Positions 34,250 through 40,468 of a stretch of 40,468 nucleotides of DNA are shown one piece after another. The position numbers and the translations under genes are program-made. Numbering within the stretch: position 1 is the first letter of the stretch; every line of letters begins with the position of its first letter. The DNA is from a virus. Lineage: Duplodnaviria > Caudoviricetes. The stretch spans positions 1 to 40,468 of the IMG/VR virus record IMGVR_UViG_3300031949_000091. One strand, given 5' to 3'. The notes beneath the pieces are model-generated. The model was given only the letters and a program-made list of their open reading frames with translations. It had not been told where the DNA came from and did no database searches.

Positions 34250-35746
34250 TTAGCCTCCTAATTGGTCATACGAGACGCGCAGGTGGGTCAAGACCTTTGG
34301 GTCCGAGTCGCTGGCGGCTCCAATAGTGCGGCGAACGTGTAGGGTGTCGGCGGTCTTGGCGGCCAGATCGGGCAGGACCAGGGCGTCCGCTTCGGTGGTG
34401 GGTGAAACCCAGGCGGCGCCATCGTCGCTGATTTCGATGCCGCTGACGGCAGGGTCGATCCAGACGCGCAGGCCCGTCACCATTTCGGTGGACTGGTTGT
34501 ATAGATCGACCGTGTACGTCTCAGCGTCCCCGGCGGCGGCTTCCGCCGCGCTTACATCATCCGATGCGATCGGGTTGGCGTAGCGGTCCGCCAGGGCGAC
34601 CGCGGCGTCGGCCACCCCTCCGCCGGCGGGGTTGGTCAGGTAGCGGGGATAGACGCGCACGCGGGCCCACTTGTTGGGATCGGCGGCGCCCTCGAGCAGG
34701 TAGTGCCCGGGGATTTTAACCTCGACCGGCTCACCGGGGACCGCCTCGCCAGGCGCCTGCCAGGTCAGATTGTAGCCGGCGGATCGGATCCGGGCGGTTC
34801 CGGGGCCATTGGCAGCCGCGACTTGTTGTATCCAAACCCCGGGCACCGTGCCGGCGGCGGTTAGGTGCTGGACCTCGACGGCACCCGATTCAAACCGCAG
34901 GCGATCCGGCCCTGTCCGGCTGCGGTCGGTGTACGAATAAAAGATCTGCCCCGGGCGCTGCCCCGGGCGATGTTGGGGACGGTGCACCGCGAAGATGTCG
35001 CGGGCGAACCGCTCCATACGCGGGCTCGAAAAGCACCCGGCGAAATAGCCGCACGCGGAAAGGATGTGAGGCCAGCTGGTGCCGGCGTAGCCGGTTGTGC
35101 CAGGGTAGTCGCCGAACGAAATCGGATACACCCCGGTCTTGGCGGTCTTTGCCATGTTGGCGCTGGCGCTTTTATGACCATCGCTAGTACTAAATACATC
35201 GAGGCTCCACGTGCCCTTGGCAGAGTTTCCCCTGGCAAGCAGCAGCGCGATGTCGCGAGAGGCGAGCGATCGCGATGACGGCACCGCGACTATTTGATAG
35301 CCGCCCTCCGCGAAATAAGGTGCGTACAGCCACATCTTCGTCGCGCCTGCCTGATACCAGGCCACTAGCCAATTGCGCACGGCCCCTGAGTCTGGCGCAG
35401 AAATCGCCAAGACGGGTGTGCCGTCAAACGACGTCTGAATCATCTCCACGAGCAGGACGACGGTGTAATTTGTCTGCGAGAACTGGGGGCGCCAGGCAAA
35501 ATCGATCGGGTTATCAACCTGGTCTAACACGCTCTCATTTGCGCCCCAACCAAGCCGGCCCGACACGCGCGTCCGGTCACTAGTAGCATCCGCCCGCACG
35601 CGTCCGGCGTAGTCCCACGGCCGCCAATTCTCAGCCGGTCCAGGCTCCAGCATGGGAACCCACAACTGCACTCCCTGCATAGACCAGTGCCCGCGATCGA
35701 ACGGCTGCACGACGAACGGCGGCTTGCGTGGGTGACGCCAGGACAT
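34250..35746 (-). CDS. Tail protein with LamG/concanavalin-like N-terminal half (receptor-binding candidate)
   Basis: GGAGG plus ATG at 35746; aromatic beta-rich N-half, then a compositionally distinct C-half. Confidence 0.5.
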   Translation of the reverse strand: MSWRHPRKPPFVVQPFDRGHWSMQGVQLWVPMLEPGPAENWRPWDYAGRVRADATSDRTRVSGRLGWGANESVLDQVDNPIDFAWRPQFSQTNYTVVLLVEMIQTSFDGTPVLAISAPDSGAVRNWLVAWYQAGATKMWLYAPYFAEGGYQIVAVPSSRSLASRDIALLLARGNSAKGTWSLDVFSTSDGHKSASANMAKTAKTGVYPISFGDYPGTTGYAGTSWPHILSACGYFAGCFSSPRMERFARDIFAVHRPQHRPGQRPGQIFYSYTDRSRTGPDRLRFESGAVEVQHLTAAGTVPGVWIQQVAAANGPGTARIRSAGYNLTWQAPGEAVPGEPVEVKIPGHYLLEGAADPNKWARVRVYPRYLTNPAGGGVADAAVALADRYANPIASDDVSAAEAAAGDAETYTVDLYNQSTEMVTGLRVWIDPAVSGIEISDDGAAWVSPTTEADALVLPDLAAKTADTLHVRRTIGAASDSDPKVLTHLRVSYDQLGG

Positions 35747-36105
35747 CACATCCTCCAATCATGCCCATCGTAGACCCCGCCTGCGAACTGCGCGTGCTTG
35801 GCCAGCCGTGGTAGCGTCGTCGCGGTGACCTTGGCTGCCAGCCGCGCCTGCATGGTCACCAGGCTGTCTCGCACGGCCTGTGCCTCGGTCGTCGATGAAT
35901 AACGCGGGTACTGGATGACCTCCAACACGGCGCCGGATGCGATTGCCGCGGCCTCGTCGGCGGACAGGTTCGGCACCTTCGACTCGGCGGCGATCGCGGC
36001 GACGTTTGATCGGTCTGTGCTCTTGGCCACCGGAACGTGGAATGCAACCTCCAGGATGATCTCGGGGCCGTCCTGCCTCGCCGTCAACACGTGTATCAGT
36101 CCCAT
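35746..36105 (-). CDS. Hypothetical tail-module protein
   Basis: GAGG RBS; coupled. Confidence 0.6.
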   Translation of the reverse strand: MGLIHVLTARQDGPEIILEVAFHVPVAKSTDRSNVAAIAAESKVPNLSADEAAAIASGAVLEVIQYPRYSSTTEAQAVRDSLVTMQARLAAKVTATTLPRLAKHAQFAGGVYDGHDWRM

Positions 36106-36501
36106 CTAGTCTACCTCCACGCCGTCAATCAGGCGGCTGCGAACGCTGACGGTCACATCGTCGTTCGTCTCATTCTCAAGGACGAGCTTGATCTGAGGCC
36201 CCGCGCCCGGCAGCAATACCGGCACCGTCACGTACCTGGTCTCGCCCGCCGCGTAGGGCATCTCGAACTCGATCAACGCCGCCAGGTCGCTGGCATACTG
36301 CTCGCCGTCGCCCAGGGCATCGGCCACGCGCACCGTCAAGCCCGAGTTCGAACTGGCGCCGTAGACACATTTGATCGAGACAACGATGCCAATCGCATCC
36401 TCGATGTTCTTTTCGAGAGCCGCCGAGTTACCGTCGGCGATCGCCTGGTCGGTCAGGTCCGCCACCACGCTTGTCGCGTGCTTATATTTTGCGGTTGCCA
36501 T
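36106..36501 (-). CDS. Small acidic beta-sandwich structural protein (131 aa)
   Basis: GGAGG plus ATG at 36501 (MATAKYKH). Confidence 0.6.
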   Translation of the reverse strand: MATAKYKHATSVVADLTDQAIADGNSAALEKNIEDAIGIVVSIKCVYGASSNSGLTVRVADALGDGEQYASDLAALIEFEMPYAAGETRYVTVPVLLPGAGPQIKLVLENETNDDVTVSVRSRLIDGVEVD

Positions 36502-36502
36502 G

Positions 36503-37063
36503 TTAGGCGGCCTCCGAGATTGTGACCTTGGTTGTTGCTGGGTTGAAACTGATGGCAAAGCTGGGGGCATCGGGCGTGCGGACCACCAGCTCCGGCCCCA
36601 CTGTGGCGGGGTCGCCCTCATTGCCGGCGGCGTCGATTGGCACTACCCGCCAGGTGTACTCCGTCAGGTCCGCCAGTTCGCGGGTCCGGTAGGTATACTC
36701 CCAGGCGGCGGGGTCATACGGCACCCAGCCGATTGTCTGAAACTCTCCGGCGGCTTCTTTTTGATCAACCCGGTAGCGGCGGGCGTCCAGATCCAGACTG
36801 CGCAGCCACCGCAGGACCCGCCGGCGGGCCCAGCCGTCCGGGGCGTTGGCGGCGGGGTCGAACTCGGGATCGGTGGTATCGACCGCCTGGATCCTGACCT
36901 GCTCGCCCGGGTACACGGAAAACACCCGGCTGGGCGACTGACTGGCCCCCACATAATCGGCGTCGACCCACCAGTGGTAAATGACCGCCCCGGGCAGGTC
37001 GCTGGTGGCGGTCACCTGGATCTGCCCGCGCAGATTCTGAAAGTTGTAGGCGGTTATGCTCAT
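36503..37063 (-). CDS. Fibronectin type III-like tail protein
   Basis: LRW...YRV...LADLTEYTWRVVPIDAAGNEG FN3 signature. Confidence 0.7.
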   Translation of the reverse strand: MSITAYNFQNLRGQIQVTATSDLPGAVIYHWWVDADYVGASQSPSRVFSVYPGEQVRIQAVDTTDPEFDPAANAPDGWARRRVLRWLRSLDLDARRYRVDQKEAAGEFQTIGWVPYDPAAWEYTYRTRELADLTEYTWRVVPIDAAGNEGDPATVGPELVVRTPDAPSFAISFNPATTKVTISEAA

Positions 37064-37422
37064 TGCGTCAGCACCCCCTGCATCTGGCAGACTCCATGCG
37101 CCCGGGCGGCCCCGTTATAGATAATTGGGGCCTTTGGGCGCGGGTCCACTAAGGACACAAACACGTTTTCGTAAGTGTCGCCCCAATCGTCCACCAACGT
37201 GACTATTGTTCCCTGCAGTTCGGCCAGACTATCCAGCCAGGTCTGTACCGCGGCGGCGGTATCGTAACGGTGGGCGACCAGTTCGACCGGGGCCTCCCCT
37301 TGACCCGTTTGCTGGATTGCGTACCCGTCTAGTCCGGGGCGGCGGCGGACCTCGGCGGTGGTCTTTAGCGGTGAAACCCTGCCGCTGATCCGATCGCAGG
37401 TGATCCCGCCAATGCTGGGCAT
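37060..37422 (-). CDS. Distal tail-like protein
   Basis: 120 aa directly after the tape measure; RPGLDG and LQGTIVTLVDDWG. Confidence 0.55.
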   Translation of the reverse strand: MPSIGGITCDRISGRVSPLKTTAEVRRRPGLDGYAIQQTGQGEAPVELVAHRYDTAAAVQTWLDSLAELQGTIVTLVDDWGDTYENVFVSLVDPRPKAPIIYNGAARAHGVCQMQGVLTQ

Positions 37423-38879
37423 TAGTCCGTTCCCCCTTGGTCAGCGCCGATTGGGGCCAGGGCCCGCCCGCCGCTGGTCTTGCGCTGCAGATTGTCGGCG
37501 GCGGCGGCCAGGTTGGTGGCACTGGCATCCAGTCGCTGCATGATCTGGTTATAGGCTTTCAGCATATCCGCGGGCTGGTCGGTGGCTGGCATCATTGTTT
37601 TCAAGGCGGGCTCGACCTGTTCGGTCGGCAGTTGGTTGATCCGGCTGTAAATCTCGTTGCGGATATAGCGGGTGTCCCCTTGGCTCAATCGCTCAACGCC
37701 TTCCGAGACCCCGCCGAACCACTGCCCAAACCGCCCGCGTCGCTGCGCCCGGTCCGCGGCCCTGCGGGCCTTAATTCCGTCGGACAGGTTCCGCAGCGTG
37801 CCGCTGGGTTCCTCCGCCAGTTCGCGGGCGGCCTCGCCCGCCTGGCGGACCTCGGCAGCGGCAATCTCCGGCACCCCCCCGGGCAGGGCCAGTTTGGTGG
37901 CGACGCGGTCCTGGGCTTCGGCCTGGTCCACCTCCTCAACCGCCTGGCGGTACAGATCGCGGTTTAAGATCAGGGTCCGATAGCCGGCGAGGCCCTCCGC
38001 CCGCCCAAAATACTTTAGCTGCTTGGGTCCGGTCATGTGTAGGGCTTCGATCTTCGTCAGACTCTGATCCAGGCTCAGCCCCTCATAGCCTCCCTGCTTC
38101 TGTAGGGATTTCAGGTAGGCATATATCTGGGTGGCGCCCGCTTCTGCCGACCCGGTCGCTGCCGACAGGATTGACGTTGCAGCCAGCAGCTCCTCGTCGC
38201 GCATTCCTAGGGCCTTGGCGGAACCCCCGCCCCGGCTGGCTGCTTCCAGCAGGCTCTCGGCGGTGGCGGGTGAAAACTTGCTGGCTCCGAACGCCTTGGA
38301 AACCAGCGCCCGGATGCCGCTGGTTTCCTTTTGACCCATCGACATTTGCAGGGTGGCGGCCGCGCGGGCCATAACCATGGGATCCTCGACCAGCCCCCGG
38401 GCCCCAAGTTGGGTAAATAGGTCCACCTGTTCCAAAGCTCCGGCACTCTGCAGCATGAAGATCATCTTGGCGGCGGATCCCAAGTCCAGCGTCGCCCCCC
38501 GGGCGTAGGTCTGTTTGGCCAGGGCCACCAGCTTGGTCATTTCTGCGGGGTTTTCGGCCAGTTGGGCCAGGCTCGACATTCCCAGACGGCTTGCTTGGGC
38601 CTTGCTGGCGGCGCGGTTCGAGATTTCTTCGACCCCCTGGATTGCGGCCCGGATCCCGGTGACCGCGGCAGTAATTGACACCATTCCCAAGGCATACGTT
38701 TTAAGTTGCTGGGCGGCGGCGGACCCGAACGCACCCTTGGCGGTGTCCCCCGCAGTGCGGGCCTTTTGGCCTACCTTGCCGTAGCCGTTTTCCAGCTTCC
38801 GTTGCTGGTCAATCAGGCGCTGTTGGGCCTTCCACAGGTGCGCCTCGTCGCCTGTCATTTCTACAATAACTTTTGCCAT
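37422..38879 (-). CDS. Tape measure protein (short, 485 aa)
   Basis: Ala/Gly/Leu-rich helical protein after the chaperone frameshift pair. Confidence 0.8.
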   Translation of the reverse strand: MAKVIVEMTGDEAHLWKAQQRLIDQQRKLENGYGKVGQKARTAGDTAKGAFGSAAAQQLKTYALGMVSITAAVTGIRAAIQGVEEISNRAASKAQASRLGMSSLAQLAENPAEMTKLVALAKQTYARGATLDLGSAAKMIFMLQSAGALEQVDLFTQLGARGLVEDPMVMARAAATLQMSMGQKETSGIRALVSKAFGASKFSPATAESLLEAASRGGGSAKALGMRDEELLAATSILSAATGSAEAGATQIYAYLKSLQKQGGYEGLSLDQSLTKIEALHMTGPKQLKYFGRAEGLAGYRTLILNRDLYRQAVEEVDQAEAQDRVATKLALPGGVPEIAAAEVRQAGEAARELAEEPSGTLRNLSDGIKARRAADRAQRRGRFGQWFGGVSEGVERLSQGDTRYIRNEIYSRINQLPTEQVEPALKTMMPATDQPADMLKAYNQIMQRLDASATNLAAAADNLQRKTSGGRALAPIGADQGGTD

Positions 38880-38891
38880 CGTCGCGCGTCT

Positions 38892-39736
38892 CTAGTAGCC
38901 TTCATGCAGCAGGATCCAGACCTCCGCCATCGTCGGGCGGTGGGAGGGCAGTCTACCCGCCAGCCAGCGGCGGATCGTCAGCCACCGGGGTCCGCTGGGC
39001 CAGACGCCGCGGTCTTTTTTTTTAGGTACTCCCAGACCGTTGCGACATCGATCAGCGCGTCCAGCACGGCCACCATTGTCCGGCTGGTCAGTAGCCCCAG
39101 GATCCCCGCCTCGACCGGTCCCAGCCGATAGTTCGCTTGTAAGGCCAGCACGGCGCCCGCGGCGGCTTCGTCGTTGGTCATCTCGACCGCAAGGCTGACG
39201 TTGTCCGCCCCCTCGGGGGCGTCGTCGATGTTCGCCCCCCAGCGGGCGGCTTGCCAGGTTTCCGCCAGACGCCACAGTTGGGCCCACCTCTCGACCACGT
39301 CGGCGGGGGCCCAGTTGCCGGCGGCGGTTAGTTCCATCTTTCGCTCGAGCGCGCAGAACCATACCAGGGCGCCGTCCTGCTCGGACTGTCCGCGGGCCAG
39401 CGGGACCAGCCACTCCTGCCCGTCGCCCAGCCTCACCAGTTGCCCACTCAATTGCTCGGATCGCGCCAGGTCCGCCGGCCCCGGCTTATCCGCGGGCAGC
39501 CAGCCGACCCAGGGGCCAGCCAGTAGGGCTTGCCACTGCTGGCGATCCTGGTAGTAGCCGACGTCGGGGTGGTTGTTCGGGCCCAGGATCAGTCCGCCGG
39601 CGGCGTCTGGCCCCGTGGTGACCTGGGCGGCGGTCCAGGGTCGCTCCAGCGCGTAAGCCAGACCCATATCCGCCAGGTTCCGATCCGTTAGGGACCCTCG
39701 GGTCTGGCCCGGCAGGTAGTAAAGGAATCCGGCCAT
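38892..39736 (-). CDS. Tail assembly chaperone (39736..38978) with -1 frameshift extension to 38892
   Basis: A9G slippery run at 39023..39014 near the 3' end; the -1 frame stays open to TAG at 38892, 12 nt before the tape measure. Confidence 0.8.
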
Positions 39737-39745
39737 GCGGGGCTC

Positions 39746-40468
39746 CTAACTGATTGCGCTGCCTATAGTGACCAGGATCGGGTAGTTGCTGCCATCGTAG
39801 ACCAGCGGCATTTCTAGGTTGCACATTGCGGGGCTTTCGTCGGTCGCGTCGATCAGGTCCGTCACATAGGCCAGACCGGCGGCGGTAAATTTCAGGTGCT
39901 GGGCGGTTCCGTTGGCAACATAAGTGCTGCCGGCGGCCCGCTTGCGTAAATAGATTGCGGTGTTGGCGTGGGTGGCTGCCTTGCCGGTTAGCGGGATGTT
40001 GGTGGACTTGAACAACTCCACGTCAATCCCGGTCAGCCGGATCATCGGGGCCACCCGGACGATCGACACAAACGTCGGCCAAATGTCGCTGTCGGCGCGT
40101 TGGACCTCGACCGTCAGCCCGAAATCAATCTCTAGGCTCCTGATATGGCTGATCGTCACGCCCCCGATCGTCACTGGTCCGATGGCGAACCGCTCGGCGT
40201 CCGTCAAGCCAGCCGGCAGGCTGACCGAATCGGTCGGGATAACCGGCTCGTTGGCCCCATCGTAAGTTGCGGCGGCAATGTAGGTCAGCGCGGCATGTCC
40301 CGCGCTGTCGGTGATTGATATTCCCTGCGGGTACAGCAGCCCCGCGTTAATCGTATATTTGCGGTGACTGGCTCCACTGGCCCGGGTGGACCCGGCGGCA
40401 TGGGCCTGCGCATACAGGACCAGTTTGCCTGCCAGGCTGCCGATATTGGCCCCTAAAAAACCGACAGC
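39746..40468 (-). CDS. Major tail tube protein, 3' part
   Basis: No stop from 40468 to 39746; in frame with 213..1; joined protein about 308 aa. Confidence 0.8.
   Translation of the reverse strand, partial: AVGFLGANIGSLAGKLVLYAQAHAAGSTRASGASHRKYTINAGLLYPQGISITDSAGHAALTYIAAATYDGANEPVIPTDSVSLPAGLTDAERFAIGPVTIGGVTISHIRSLEIDFGLTVEVQRADSDIWPTFVSIVRVAPMIRLTGIDVELFKSTNIPLTGKAATHANTAIYLRKRAAGSTYVANGTAQHLKFTAAGLAYVTDLIDATDESPAMCNLEMPLVYDGSNYPILVTIGSAIS

Noticed and set aside
29993-36501. Diversity-generating retroelement or invertible fibre shufflon
   Set aside because: No reverse transcriptase or serine invertase, and no template/variable repeat pair or inverted crossover sites seen.
1-40468. Genome-wide amber (TAG) recoding
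   Set aside because: Several TAG stops are in frame with the next gene (879, 36106, 38892, 39746), but those genes have their own ATG, mostly with an RBS. Core genes are not fragmented, and no suppressor tRNA is present.
1-40468. Mu-like transposable phage
   Set aside because: The capsid is gpT-like, but there is no DDE transposase or MuB; a tyrosine integrase, attP and GpA terminase are present.
1-40468. CRISPR array or rRNA
   Set aside because: No regularly spaced repeat-spacer structure or rRNA-like sequence seen.

Overview
The window is an apparently complete, circularly permuted genome (about 40.46 kb, GC-rich) of a temperate siphovirus-like phage in its excised form. The first and last 9 nt are identical (ACCGACAGC), one gene reads in frame across the junction, and an intact attP is present (3' half of tRNA-Arg(TCT) with flanking arm repeats). 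Almost all genes are on the minus strand. Modules: lambda-type packaging and head (GpA-like terminase, lambda-family portal, fused protease/Mu-gpT-like capsid); non-contractile tail (internally duplicated tube protein, -1 frameshift chaperone, short tape measure, Cys-rich tip cluster); tyrosine integrase; divergent ribbon-helix-helix switch; HTH initiator with iterons; lipoprotein cluster with no recognisable endolysin; frameshifted DNA methyltransferase. The most unusual block is an early operon pairing a stand-alone Spo11/TopoVI-A-like Toprim protein with a small histone-fold-like protein. Also notable are a PLD-nuclease plus P27 small-terminase cassette between the cos-like site and a second, Nu1-like small terminase, and a foreign 0.8 kb segment splitting a gene. 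All family calls are by eye from motifs and synteny; no database search was run. A Planctomycetota-like host is only a weak impression.
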